Positions 13,746-26,903 of a DNA stretch of 64,000 bases are shown here, piece after piece. The notes under the pieces are model-generated. The model was given only the letters and a program-made list of their open reading frames with translations. It did not search any database and had not been told where the DNA came from. Position 1 is the stretch's first letter, and each line of letters begins with the position of its first letter. The DNA is from Amoebophrya sp. A120 (Eukaryota; Protista; Dinoflagellata): contig CAJINV010000016.1 in NCBI GenBank assembly GCA_905178155.1, positions 1,687,102 to 1,751,101 on the forward strand, written 5' to 3'. The translations under genes were made by a program, and so were the position numbers.

Positions 13746-15441
13746 TTTTTTGCTTTGATGTTTCTTGTCGTGGGGGGATAGTGAAGGAAGGTCGTGAAAG
13801 TGAAAGGACTTGTGGGCTTTCGTAACTCTAAAAGGGAAGAGGGGTACAACTTCTACTTCAGGTAGATGAAACTAGAAATAAAAGGTTTCTACATCAGGGT
13901 CGGTGCTACTTAGTTACACAGGGCGGGCACTGTTGGGCGGGATATAATTCAAAGAAATTTTGAATTTAGCACGCTAGCAAATACTATAGATAGACAGCTC
14001 TGCAGATGTGCTGCGAATTCATTTAAAGCAATGCCAATTGATCCTCAAATCCTATTATCATCTGTGCTCGATCCTCGATGCTTCGGACAGGCTGATCCAC
14101 GACTTCTTTGGATGTCACTCAGGCAAAGGGGCACTAGGGTGGGGATTTTTTTTCTTTGGGTCCTCGAAAAAACGGCTCGCTTTCCTTCAGACTCTTGTAT
14201 ATTTCTATAGAGGAAAGACTCTAGTACGACAACGACTTTGCCAAACAGCACTTTTGATTCTTCCTATGCTAGAGCTGGCGCCAGAACATCTTGCTTTCAA
14301 CTGCGACAACAGTCCATCTTTGTTTTCCGATCTGGCCTCGTTGCTGTAGAGCGGCGCGACCTCGAACAGAAATGAAGCGCAGTTGTTTCCATTTCTTGTG
14401 ATTTTCAAAAACTGTTGATTCTCCTTTTGACAAGAGGAAAATGTTGAAGAGATATTAATTCGATCGAGTTATTTTTTCGTCGTGTTTTGCTCCTGCTTCC
14501 CATCGCCCCCTCCACATCTTCGCGATCGCTATCGAAACAACATAGGAAGAGGACCATCGTCCCTTTCAACAACTCGATCGTGCTTGATGATGAAACTAAA
14601 TCTGATTCCCTTACTTAAATCCTAAAAATTATCATTCGGATAGAGCGGTTTCGGCTTTTTCTCATCCCGGGCATTGTGTTCATAGACATAACAACAGGCG
14701 AATAGGTAGAACGAGGATAAAAAGCAGCAATCGAGGTCGAGGCCTCTCATGCCTGGGGTACGTACGTAGTTGGCATAGATACCGGGAGGATGCCGAGTGT
14801 AAAAAAAGATTCTTCATGTGATCCTGCAGTACGGTGGCGTTGTCGGTTTGCTGAAGGTAAAACCGTGACAACATCCTCAATTTAATCACAACAACATGCT
14901 AAGAATCTGGATCTGTAAAAACAAGTAAAGTTTTACCTTACAAAACATCTAAATCCTGCGTCCCTTATTGATGCGCGGATTTTCTTCCTGTTGAGTGATT
15001 CCTTAAAACCTTTTCTGAAACTTTCTTTTTCAAGGTGAAATGTGATGTGATAATCTGTGAATCTAGGTTTCCTGTAAAACGAGGGTTGTCCGATGGACTC
15101 TTGAAATCGAATACCAGCCAAGAGCAAACACTCCTTACAGTAGTGCTCGTCTTCTGCATTGAAGAACGGAAAATAAATGAATCTTACGGGGTGTGAAGAT
15201 TTGAGATGAAATTTGGTGTAAGTAGTCAAAGAAATCGTAAAGTTTTTTCGTTTTGATGTTCTAGACATTATGCATCATACGTCTTTGGTACATCTACACA
15301 CGGATTGTGTTTTTTTTTTCGCTTTTTCAATTCGTCTGTCTTAAAAGTCCATTTTTGGACTTACCTACCATCATGCGCGTTGTCAGAAGTCGCTATTACT
15401 TGTTCCCGCATGACCACAAGTTGTAGTACCCCGCCTCTGCC

Positions 15442-18400
15442 TTACTTCCAGCACGCGCCGTCACCCCACAAGTGGATCGGGGTGTGGTGGACAAAGTACC
15501 AGATCAGTTGGCACACGAGCCCGCCCTTCTTCGCGTCGACGATCGAAGCTTCCAAAAACTCCTTCAGGATGACACTCGTCCAGCCCCACAGAAACAGCAT
15601 TCCGGACCTATTGAGAGGAAAAATCCCCCCTCCCCATATCGAAAAGGTTTGTTTCCGAAAATTTGTCTTGCTGATTTGAGACCACAAATCGCGTCTGTCT
15701 TGCAAGAAGACAAGGGCAGATGCAGAAGCTTTCGCCATATTATGGAAGCGCTTTGTCATGCTGTTGGGCCTAAAGGGGAGCCGCTTGCCATGCTGAACAA
15801 CTAGACGCATACGCCCCTACCTAGCCTGGGGGCCTGACTGCAATGCTTTCCTGCAATACAAAGCTGATTTGTGTACTCAAATCCAGCATCAGAAATTTCG
15901 TTTTGATATGGGGAGGGGGTATTTTTCCTTTTGATAGGACCCGGGGGTGCTGTTGGCGCCGAGCACGAAGCAGGCGTCCTTCGGCCCCAGGGAGGTGGCG
16001 AACATACCGGTATGAATTGCAAAAGTATCGTACTCGTATAAATGCATGACAAATTTCCTCAGCATGAGAAATAAAATTTGTAATGCTGATTTACCTCAAG
16101 AAAAATATTTGTAATGCATGATTGCAATACGAGTACGATACTTTTGCACTGCATAACCGGCACCCCACGGCCACCACGTGTCCATCATCTTAGACGGGAC
16201 GCACAGGGAGAACAGACCTGTAGACCAGTGTTTGCGTTTGGATTGAATTGATGGAAAGGGATAATAAATTACATGACAAAGAACAGTCACAGTCATTCGA
16301 ATTTACGCATCACAAATTTTTCTAGTACCGCCCGGGTCGCCGTGGGCCTGGTAGTCCAGAGACTTGACATTCACGGCAGCATGGTGTGCCTGTTCCTCGC
16401 CCGGATAGGAGATCTTCGGAATTGGCGGGATACCTGGTTGTGAACGTTGTCAATGTTGGCGTTGTGTTTGTGCATGACAAAGTCGTGCCGCGTAATCTAA
16501 TAGGCTTTGTTCGCTTTGAGCATGACAAATTTTTTCATCGAGATGATCAATTTGTGATGCAAAAAAGCAGCAACAAAACCATCTACCCTTGCCACCCGGC
16601 ACCCAGTCGTTTGGCCCGCCGACGCAGCCGAAGTTGCAGTCGCCCACCGCGTATCCTGTGCAAAAGTATCGCACTCGTATATTAAATGCAAGTCTTGCAT
16701 TACAAATCTTTTTCTTAAAGGTAAATCCGCATTACAAATTTTATCTCTCATGCTGAGGAAATTTGTAATGCATTTATACGACGAGTGCGATGCTTTTGCA
16801 ATGCATACCGCGAACACCGTCCCCTTGCCCCACGGCTTGCCGTCCTTCGTGGTAACCTGCAGCTTCTTGTTCACCAAAATCCAGCCGCCGCCGCCCGGAC
16901 CTTGATTTGTTATTTCCGATCGAAATATATGATCCGTCAAAAGACATCCTCAGTCGTAGGGTGAGAATCAAATTATGGTGGATCCAAAAATATGCATGCA
17001 TCATCCAATTTTTCGCAAGACAAATTGAAATTCTATTGAGATTGACCAGTTGCAGAAAATAAAAAAACTCTTTCTATTATACCCTTATCCGACAACGTTT
17101 CCTTTGGCATGAAGTAGTTGCTCGCCTTCACGCCCATGCAGATGTAGGTCTCGTCTGCGCCGTTGGGGAGGCCGATTTTTTTCCAAAACTCGGGTGAGTT
17201 CGGCTCGTACTTGACGCCGTAGACCGTGTTGATACCCTTACTTCTCATGTACTTGTCGCAGTAGCTGGGTTTTGAGTTAATTCAGTTTTATGTATCACAA
17301 GCACGCAAACGCATCAGCATCGTCTTTGTTCCTGCAACACAAGTAAAATCATTTAGAGTGAACAAAACATGAAAGAAGAAGAACCATCATTCGATACTTC
17401 TGTGCATCCACGGGGAGGGGTCCGAGGCAGTTTGGCAAGAAATCGATGATCGTCAGTTGCAGTGAGGTATCCAGTGCAAAAGCATCGTACTCGTATTGCA
17501 ATCATGCATTACAAATATTTTTCTTAGAGGTAAATCACCATTACAAATTTCATTTCTCATGCTGAGGAAATTTGTAATGCATTCATACGAGTACGATGCT
17601 TTTGCAGTTCATATGAGGGGAAGAAGTACTGCAGCTCTGTGGCCCACTCGACTCCGATGAATCCCGCACCGCAGACGAGGATCTTCGCGTTTTTTTCCGC
17701 CAAGCCCTTGATTTTGTTGTACTCCTCCCAGATGTGGCGGCGGCGACCCTCGATGGTGCGCTCGTCCAAGTGCTTCCAGTTGGAGTGCGGCCGGGCCTCC
17801 TCGTAGATGGTCGGGAACCACAGCGACTCACCCCACTTGTGCAGAAAGTTGAAGTTGCCTGAGATGTCGTTGGAATTGTTTTGTTCCTTGCATCACAAAT
17901 GTAGTCCTAGTCTCGCTGTTTTTGCATGAGAAATAGGAGCAGAGTGCGAAAATCAAAATGCTCATGATGCGGATTATGCATCACAAACTCTTCATCCAAA
18001 AAAAAAATACATCCGGAGCAGATGATGCAGTAGTCGAATGCCAGTTCTTCCGGCGTCTTCTTTATGCAAAGAAAAAAGTTTCACAGTATACACATTGTGT
18101 TGCAGGCCAAGCAAAACAAACAAGCTCTGTCATGCCAGGCAGGCATAGGATTAGGAGCCTTTTTTCAAACGTGTTCTTTCTACTCTTCTCATCTCTGCAT
18201 TACAAATTTTCTCTCTTTTTTTGCGTGAGGAGCGAATTTGTATTTGTGTTGCTAAGTGGACAACATGACAACAGGTGTGAATAAACTGTAAGACTTGTTT
18301 CTTTGCATATCCTTCCATCTCGGCTTGATCATGGCCGTGCACTTGTCGCCATCGATGCCCTTTACCTCACCCCAGATGAACTTCACGCCCACCTTTTTCT

Positions 18401-19164
18401 CGATGACACCCTGCAGCGAAAAGGAGAGGGCATCGAAGTGGGAGGGCTTCACGAACGCCCGCAGGATACCTTCGATTTATTTATGTTTCGAGAGGATCAT
18501 TTTTGTTGATTTTGTATAGTTAAAGCACGCATGATAAAGCACGTGGACGTGTCTAAAGGGAGTTCAGCATGACAAACAACCACTCTTAGTACCGGGTGTG
18601 TATTCGAAGAAGTCCTTGGCATCGACGATGGTTACGTCGAAAGCCCACTTATCCTGAGCAAAAGCGTCTCCACCCTATAGTTGTCATGCAGATTTGCATC
18701 TACAGGAACACCTGTAATGCGCATCCGCATGATGAGAGCAGGAATTTGTAGCCGTGATCTGGGATTTGTAATGCTGTAAACCGCATAAGCAGGCATGTCT
18801 CTGATGCGGCTGTCGTTGCTGACCAGCACTACACTGCAGATGGAAACCTGTCATGCACAACTCCCAAAAGTTGGGGATTTGTCTAGCAGATATCCCATCT
18901 CGACTGTGGGGTGGGGACGTTTTTACTGAGGATACCACTTGAGATCTTTCGCGGCGAGAATTCCGGAGAAACCACCTCCAACGATAAGCACCCGATATCC
19001 TGTGCAAAAGTATCGTACTCGCAGTAATCGCAATCATGCATTACAAATCTCCCTCTTAGCCGAAATCCGCATTACAAATTCCATTTTTCATGCTGAGGGA
19101 ATTTGTCATGCGATTTATACTAGTACGATGCTTTTGCATTGCATACACGACGATTTCCGCCCAT
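15442..19164 (-). CDS. FAD/NAD(P)H-dependent oxidoreductase, AIFM2/AMID-like (pyridine nucleotide-disulphide oxidoreductase fold)
   Basis: Reconstructed MGGNRRVLIVGGGFSG..VTIVDAKDFFEYTPGILR..FDYCIICSG..ILVCGAGFIGVEWATEL..VFAVGDC; 7 TIR inserts plus about 6 conventional introns. Confidence 0.88.
15609..15936. mobile_element. Introner, family E
   Basis: TIR TAT..GGAAAAATCCCCCCTCCCCATATC / GATATGGGGAGGGGGTATTTTTCC..ATA; repeat GGACC; frame restored; the only copy that can be read GT-AG. Confidence 0.9.
16011..16155. mobile_element. Introner, family A
   Basis: Repeat ACCGG; removal gives WWPWGAG|MFATSLGP. Confidence 0.92.
16652..16807. mobile_element. Introner, family A (opposite orientation to 16011)
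   Basis: Repeat CCGCG; removal restores the conserved VFA|VGD motif. Confidence 0.92.
17468..17613. mobile_element. Introner, family A
   Basis: Repeat TGAGG; removal gives YFFPS|LQLTIID. Confidence 0.92.
18063..18309. mobile_element. Introner, family G
   Basis: Similar to 181-391; TIR TATGCAAAGAAA / TTTCTTTGCATA; repeat TTCTT/TCCTT; frame restored. Confidence 0.82.
18650..18934. mobile_element. Introner, family B
   Basis: Repeat CCACT; removal gives KDLKW|AFDVTIVD. Confidence 0.9.
18996..19145. mobile_element. Introner, family A
   Basis: Repeat CCCGA/CACGA; removal gives MGGNRR|VLIVGGG. Confidence 0.88.
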
Positions 19165-21103
19165 CTTGTTATGCTGAGTTTGCAGCAACGAGTCGTGCCA
19201 AAAGGATACTTACACAAGTGGTGCTTTATTGGTCACAAGATCTTCCACTTGCTTCGTTCCAAACTCGTACTACGAGCCTGCTACACTTCCGAGTGTATCT
19301 TTTTTGTACCGATCTACTATGGACAGAGAGTTTTGGTTTTTATCGTATCATACAAATAGAACGTGGACGTCTTCGAAAAAAATAGGTGTGTTTGACAGAA
19401 TGCGCGACGTTATTTTTATCGGTGGTACTTCTTGCTGAAGCAGCCACTTCACAGGAAACACAGCAGGTACTATAGAGGATTTATTTCTTGTTGTTGAAAC
19501 ATACAACTTTTGAAGATGCTTGTTGTGACAAAAAAACTCGGTCGAGATGGTGAAGTCCAGTGACTACTGTCACTTTCTTTTGGTCGTGAACGTGATGGGG
19601 ATTGAAGGGGTGGAAATCAGTAAACTAGGGCGGGGAGAACAAATCTTCTATCGTGAAACACCAAATGGCTGGTCGGTGGAAATTCGCAAGGAAATTAAAG
19701 GCAGAATATGTGCAGAGTTGTTCTTGGGCACCAGTGAGAACAGCGTCTTCGTCTCTCGGACTGACTTCATCGTTTGGACAGTACCACTTCTACTACAGGA
19801 GCCTCTGCCGAGTGGACGGCATGCACTTTATGTTATTGCTTCATTGCGGCATTTTCGTATAGGTACTGCAGTCGTGAGGAGCCGTGCGCAAAGGAAAATG
19901 CATGAAAAAAAAGACCGATGAAAGGATAATTGATTTGTAATTTTTGTAGTACAACATTTCTCAGCAGGGCCAGACTAGGGGCCGCAGGCTTTGGAAAAAG
20001 CACGCCTGATATAGGGCTGTTGTATGTATATGTATCGATCTCCGTAGCAGAACCAACAAACAAGGTGGTGACGTGGTGTTGCAAAAAAAAAAACTCCTCT
20101 AGTCCGCCTCTCCTTCTTTGGCTGGAACACAAATTCTGTATCTGACAAAGATCCAGGCAACAGCCGGCAACCACCTGCTCGGGCTGCACAACTAGAATCA
20201 GTTTTCAAAGTTGTATCAAAAGCGGAAATTCTCTTTTGTGTGTGCTCGTGCTACTTTGTTAAATTGTTAATATGGTAACTCTCTCCCGATGTGATTTATT
20301 TTAGTGCGCTTAAAACCAAACTTCAATTTTTTTTTCTGATGCTTTTGTCGCTTAATTTTGTTTCAGATTTCCTCTTCTCGTGTGAACGAGAGAAAACAAG
20401 ACCTTCTTGGTGAGACACAATAGGGTTTTGGTTCGCTCTTGATTCTAAAGTCGCTGTCACACTCACATACACATTTGTGATGCTGATGATGTTGAGGTAC
20501 TACTAGAACTAGTCACAAAAGTTGGCTGACTATAACATTACGGCGTAACTTCTAAATTTCCAAGAACTACATTTTGTCACACGTACGAAGTTCAAGCTCT
20601 ACAAACTCTTCAACTTTTTGAAATAAAACTGAACCCCTTTTTGGGGCGTGTGTGAGACTTTCGATTCATCGTTGCGAGACAAACCGAAGGATAGTTCTTG
20701 TGAGCTCCAGAGTACGCAGTCCACAGTCCGTTCAAAAAACAGACTAAGATTAGAGACGTTCGTGTCGCTTAAGCTTAAAAGTGATGTGCTGACTACCTTT
20801 TCCGCGATACGCTTGATATTCTGTTTTCCATCGGGTTTAAAATTTCAAGAACCGAGAATAAATAACGGTGCTGGTAAAATCTACGTATAGCAGGTTGAGT
20901 ACAACAATTTGGAGAAACACAGAATACCATCCTTGGGGTGAAGGCTCGAAAAATATCGTCGATAAGCAACATACACACAAACACTACGGGTAGCATTTGC
21001 GAATTTTCTTCGACCTTTCTCTTCACTAAAGATAGCAGAAGAGTTCTTTATTCTGTGACAGAACAGAGGCGCGTGAAAGCACGGCTTGAGTACGGCACAC
21101 CGG

Positions 21104-24100
21104 TCAGGAACTACTACCCGGAGCTGGTGCGTTCGCGCCCGGCTCCCCGCCTCCATCAGCCGAAGTTGTAGACGGCTCGTTCACATTGCCCCCCACGATT
21201 TTACTCGACGTGACTTTGTATCTCGGACCGGTTCTGGTCTTGCCGAAGGGGTAATTACTTTTGTCGTGTTTTCCTTTGCCCTTCTTCTTTCCCTCCTTGT
21301 CTTTCCCGCCCTTTCCGGTAGTACCTGCTTTTGATGTTGTTTTTGCCTTCCCCCCTGCTGCTGTCGTAGCAGAAGTACTCCCTCCTTCATTGTCCTGCTT
21401 GCCACTCTGTTCTTTGGTTGCATCCTCCTTGTTGTTCGTCGCGGGTGCAATTTCATCTGTTGTGTCCCCATCTTTCCCCTTGCCCTTTTTCTTCTTCGAT
21501 TTCCCTCTCTTCCGCCCCGGCCCGGCACCTTTGCCTCTATCTTCGTCAAGAACATCCTCGTCGTTCTGGTCCGCGGTAGTAGAGGTTTTATCCGTCATCT
21601 TGCTGTAACTTGCCTTGCTGTTTTTGTCCCCGCCCTTGGAGGATGAGTTCATCTTTCCTGCGCCCTTTGATGTGCTGTTTGTCGGGTTATAGTTGTTGCG
21701 GTAGTTGCGCGCCTTGTTGTCCGCTTTATTGTCACTGCTAAACAAATCCTCGCCGTTGACGAAAAAGCCCCAGTTGGGCTTCTCCCGTACCACGTCATTG
21801 AACTTCGGGTCCGCCAGGGCGTGGGGGCGGAAGAGGATATCTTCCTTCACCAGAACCTCCTTAGTTCCGCTTTGGCGCGGCTTGCTGCTCGCGGCCGAGG
21901 GGGTATTGATGGTCTCCTGTCCGGATTTCGGAACTTCCGTTTTCTGGTCGTCGGAATTCGTGGGGAGGGACTGCGCGGTAGAAACCATGTTGTTGATAAT
22001 GCTGAACAAATCCTCCTTGCGGTACCTGAATGGTGAAGTAGTACGGCAATAAATCATTGACAATTTGAAAAAGTAGGTACTTAAAGGGCTTCCTGTATCA
22101 TCAAGATCAAGCACGATAGTATCGCAACGAACTATACAAAAAAGCAAAATCGCGCCAACATCCGAAAAGGCAGCACGATCAACACGAAGGAAAACTTCTA
22201 TTCAAGTACCTTCTAAATTCGTGCGTGAAGCCCGCCAGCTCAGGTGCGATGGCGTCTTGCTCGATTTCCCCGGTCAACGGGCGAACAGGAGGGTTGTAAC
22301 CGTATTTCCCACCTGCACCTCCCTTGGCGGATGAAGAACCTCCTGCGAAAAAATTGGCACCACCTGGACCTCCTTTGCTGTTCGTCCAGTTAGAAGTGCT
22401 CATTTTTGCGCCGCTGCTGGCCGTTGCGGTGCCGTAATTGTTGAAGCCGGTATTGAATGCGTCGTACATGCCTGCGCCGCCGGTTGGAGCTTGCTGTTAT
22501 GCATTGCAAAAGTATCGTACTAGTATAAATCGCATGAGAAATTTCCTCAGAAAGGAAAATGGTTTTTATCATGCTGATCTACCTTAGGAATCAGATTTGT
22601 CATGCATATCTGCGATTAGTACGAGTACGATGCTTTTGCATTTGATAGCTGTTCCTGCATGTTGAAGCCCGTGCCCTGCTGATGCATTTGCGCTTGTTGT
22701 GCGTCGGTGGGGAGGAAGAAATTTCCCTGCTCGTCCAGACCTACTGAGGTTTGGGGATACCTGGAAAATATTGCGATAAAACATGCAGCTGTTGCACTTG
22801 TTGCATCAAAGAAATCATGCATGAAATGCAATCCCAGTCACGCACGAGCATGACAGAGTTGATGTACGAGTACGAGGCAACAGTATTATAGCAGAACGAT
22901 TTTGATTTTCAAATCGTCTTCATCGCCGGACAACACAAAGAACGAGAAGAAACTCAATACCATTTCTGTCCCCCGTCCGGCGACCACATGACTAGGCCCG
23001 TGTTTGGGTCGTACATCATGGGGGTGCTGGTGTTCCCTGCTTCGTCCATAGTGCCGTACTCTTGTCCGTCCATTCCCCCGGGAGATTGCCCCGCCGCGCC
23101 GCCCATATTATCGCCACCGGAAAACATGGCGCCGGGCGATTGCGCGTCGAAGCTGTAGCGCTGCATCAAGTGGTATTACAATGAAAAATGCCCCCTCCCC
23201 ACATCAAAGCGGAAACTTGTGATGCAGATTCGTGGCCACAAATCAGCTTTGTGATGCTAGAAGGCAAAAGGTGCGGACTGTAGTGCTGTCTAGCGTAGGA
23301 AAGCCTTGCAGCTCCAGGATGACAGGAGGCAACTGGAAGTGGGAAACAGCATGGCAGATTGCCTGCAATTTAGGCCGCAGCTTCGTCTCTTGGCCTTCTA
23401 GCAATACAATTCGATTTGTGTACTCAAATACAGCATCACAAATTCGCGCATCTCCCGTTTCCGATATGGGGAGGGGGGATTTTTCTTTTTGATAAGTAGT
23501 TCGGGTCGTTTAGCATGGGTTCGTCATAGGGTGTATCGTATTTAAAAACGTCCCCACCCCATAGCTGTAATGCAAATCTGCATGCTAAAAATGTTTCTCA
23601 TGCGGAGCCCCATGAGAGGCATCTTTTAGTCGTGTTTTCAAATTTTCTATGCTCCAATCAGCATGATATACTAGATCTGTAATGCTGCTGAGCTACCTCA
23701 AACAGCACTACACTACGAGTCCAAATTTGTCATGCAAAACAGCCAAAGCTTGTGGATTTGTCTAGCCGATTCCCCATCTTGACTATGGTGTGGGGACGTT
23801 TTTACACAGGATAGGGTGGCACCCAGGTCCCCGCAGTCTGGCTGTTTGCGGGCACCCAGGACCCGTCGGGCATGATGAAGCCACCGTTGCTGTACTGCGG
23901 CTGGTAGTTTGGCACCACGTTGTACGCGTTGCTGGTGTTCAAGATGCCGTCCTGAATGTTGCTGTAATTCAGGTTGGAATTGCTCAGCTGGTCGGAGGTG
24001 GCGTCCAGATTATTCGTGAACAACCGGTCGCGCTGCGACGTGCTGGTTGGGGACTGTTGCAGATTGATGTTGTTGGTCTTCTTCAGCGAGGTGCTCTATC

Positions 24101-24971
24101 AAAATGAAAAATCCCCCCTCCCCATATCGAAATGGAAATCTGTGATGCAGGATTTGTGTACACAAATCGGATCTGTCTTGCGGTGGAGGACTGCAGACAG
24201 ATACAAAGCCCGGAAAAGGGTGGCTTGGGGTAGGTACTTAGCATGGCAGACGTTTGCCCTAGTAGCGTAGCAGCAATACAAATCGCCTGCGAAATGCAGC
24301 GGAAGCCCTGGCTTTGCTCTCTTGCAAGACAGACTCGATTTGTGACCACAAATCAGCATCACAAATTTTGAAAAGCACGCCTTTTCGATACATATGGGGA
24401 GGGGGGATTTTTCCTCACAATATGCTCAAGCCCATCACCACGTTGGCCTGATTCTCCGCGGTGGGCGATTGCGCGGTGTTCACCACGTCGGCGGTGTAGG
24501 ACCTGTCGTGGGGGGGTTTACTTTGGAAGGTGGAATCTAAGGAGGAGCCCTTGGATTTTGATTGTTTTGCTTTTGGTTTCCTTTTCCAGGGCTCGAGCAT
24601 GACAACATGCACCAAGAAAGCCAGGTGCGGGATCAGGATCTTCATATGCTGGTTCATCTGCTCGCGGTATTGGTAAAAACATATCCGTGTTCTTGTAGTA
24701 GTTCGCACAATTTGATTTTCTCTACAACTTGTTCTCACCTGTCTCCTAGTATGTCTAAGCTCGGCAGCGTTTGCGGCAGGATTTCCCGCACACTGTCCCG
24801 CAATTCTGGCACCATCATTTTCCCGGCCCCAGACGCCGGCTCGCCGTCGAGCAGGCCGTTTAGATTGAGATTTTTGTTTCCGCGGTTGTGCGCCGAGGGG
24901 GAGGTGGCCGGACTGTTACCTCCGACGTTGGTCGTGCGGTTGCGATTACCGTTCTGCTCCAAGGTAGCCAA
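21104..24971 (-). CDS. Low-complexity G/N/K-rich hypothetical protein; may be the C-terminal part of the upstream LARP4-like gene
   Basis: ORFs 24415..24738, 23802..24023, 22954..23169, 22179..22469 and 21104..22147 linked by four TIR inserts and probable GT-AG introns. Confidence 0.55.
22498..22647. mobile_element. Introner, family A
   Basis: Repeat GCTGT; frame restored. Confidence 0.9.
23174..23494. mobile_element. Introner, family E
   Basis: Repeat AGTGG/AGTAG; frame restored. Confidence 0.85.
23534..23813. mobile_element. Introner, family B
   Basis: Repeat GGGTG; frame restored (WVPP|YDEP). Confidence 0.9.
24097..24422. mobile_element. Introner, family E (inverted relative to 15609 and 23174)
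   Basis: Repeat TGCTC; frame restored. Confidence 0.88.
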
Positions 24972-25555
24972 CGTGAGCGGCGTTAAGGAGGAGAGAACCT
25001 GTTTTTTTAGGCATGGGAAGAAGTTGATATTTCATGTTTCTCATGCAATTTTTATGCGATTCGTAATGCCAATATCGAGGATTCATTTCAAGGTAAATCG
25101 CTCGCACTAATACGTCTATTACTATTCGTGAAGACACTTACCTCCTCAGTCGCCGTGCTCGTGCCGCCGCTTGCTTGTCAGGGTATGGGCTTCAAAACAA
25201 GTCTCTGTCTCCATCAGCACTTCTTAGTCATAATCTGCCACATCATCATACATGAGTCTTTCATGACTAAGGCACAATGACATGGTACATCAAGCTCCTG
25301 CTCCACGATATATTTTGCAATAAGTAGATACTCCGCGTAGCCGCGCCAGCATGGCATATTCACTGCGCGGCCATTTGCCATTCTTTCAACATATGCAGCT
25401 TGTTCACAACGCGTGCCCCCCCGCATGTGCTAGTCTTGTCGGGAAGAGAAATTTCATCAATGAACAAGTGTTAAATGCTGATGATGGAAGAGAAATTTTG
25501 CGTGTCATACCCGAAATGGAAAGTCCGTTAGCGGGGAACAGCGGGGAAAAGTAGG

Positions 25556-26903
25556 TTTGCTGCACTTGGTGAAAAGACTGCACCACGTGGTGACTCCGCA
25601 TGTTGGCCCGAATTTTCTTGCTATCGTCCCAGGGACACGTTCGGTTTCGCAACTGCAGCGCGGCGGAAATGGCGTCCTCGGGGTTGTAAAACCGGACGTA
25701 CCTAGGGTAGAGATGCTGAGTCTCAACATGTGAAATTCAAGTACCGCTACAACCATGCTTATGCAAACCAATGTGAAAATACAAACTCAACCTTGAGAAG
25801 CAGAATGAAAGATTAAGAAACTGTAACTGGAACTGGCGCAACTCAGAAAAAAAAAGAACTTTCCAATACCACACTCTGGTTCTGTTGAGCGTGTTATGCG
25901 TGCCGCCCCAGAAGGCCAGCGTGGGCGCTACCGCAGTAGAAGATGCTTTTCCAGTGTCGTCTTTCGTCCCCGAAGTAGATGTTGTTGCCTGGTTATTTTT
26001 TGTGCTTTTGCTTTTCCCCTCCACATTGCCGCCGTTCGCAGTGTCGCCGGCCTCTACTTCTGCGGAAGATGAGGACGCTCTCCCACCCGCAGATGACGTG
26101 GAGCCCGGCTCTACTGCCTGTTTGTTTATTTTCGTACTTCTACTCGCAGTTCCACCCCCGCCACCCACACCAGCTTGGTTCGCTATCATCCGACTGAGTG
26201 AATCCTTGGAGACGATGGTGAATCCGATCTCCTCAAACAGGCCTGCTAGCACATTCTTGCTGGTTCTCAGCGGGATGTCGTGGAGCAGCAGCGTGTCTCG
26301 GCGCAGCTCCACCTTCAGCGCTATCCGCTTGCTCGTCGGGTCGTAGGCAATCACGTTTTCCTGCGCCAGTTCTTCTAACGCCTTGGAAACCTGGCCCTGA
26401 AACTCCTCACTATGGTTCGAAACCCGCCCCCGGGTGGACTTGTTATTTCTGGTGGTTGAATTTGCATTTATTCCACTGCGCGTTGTGTTGTAATTCCTTG
26501 CTGTAGAGCTGCTGCTGTTCCCACTTTCCTCGTTCTGCGAGATCACCATCTTGTACTGCGAGTTCGCATCTGATTCCGATAGTAAAGCCCCCGCAGCTGC
26601 ACCGGAAGACATTACGCCCCCCGGCTCGGTCTTCACGTCCTCGCTGTTGGTGCGCTCCGTGCGGACCTCGAAGTTGTTGTGCGGGTTGAGGGTTTCCACA
26701 TCGTCCCCGTCATCGGTTTTGTCCTTGTCCGCCACCTTGTCGCAGACAAAGTCGAAGTGCAGGCCCAGCATGGGGTCGAGGTTCTCCGTAATGGAGTCAT
26801 CGTGCTGGAGATTGCTGTGGGAAAACAGGTTGCGCAGAAAGTCCGTGACAGCGGTGTCGCTGTTGTTCTGCTGCTGCTGCTGCTGCTGGGTACCATCCGA
26901 CAT
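25556..26903 (-). CDS. La-motif plus RRM RNA-binding protein, LARP4-like
   Basis: FLRNLFSHSNLQHD resembles the La motif; TLLLHDIP and spliced VWYVRFYNPEDAISAALQLR..KKIRANMR resemble the LARP4 RRM; both ends uncertain. Confidence 0.6.

Noticed and set aside
13900-15300. Short ORFs (for example 14933..15268) as a gene
   Set aside because: No domain and no consistent splice model; left unannotated.
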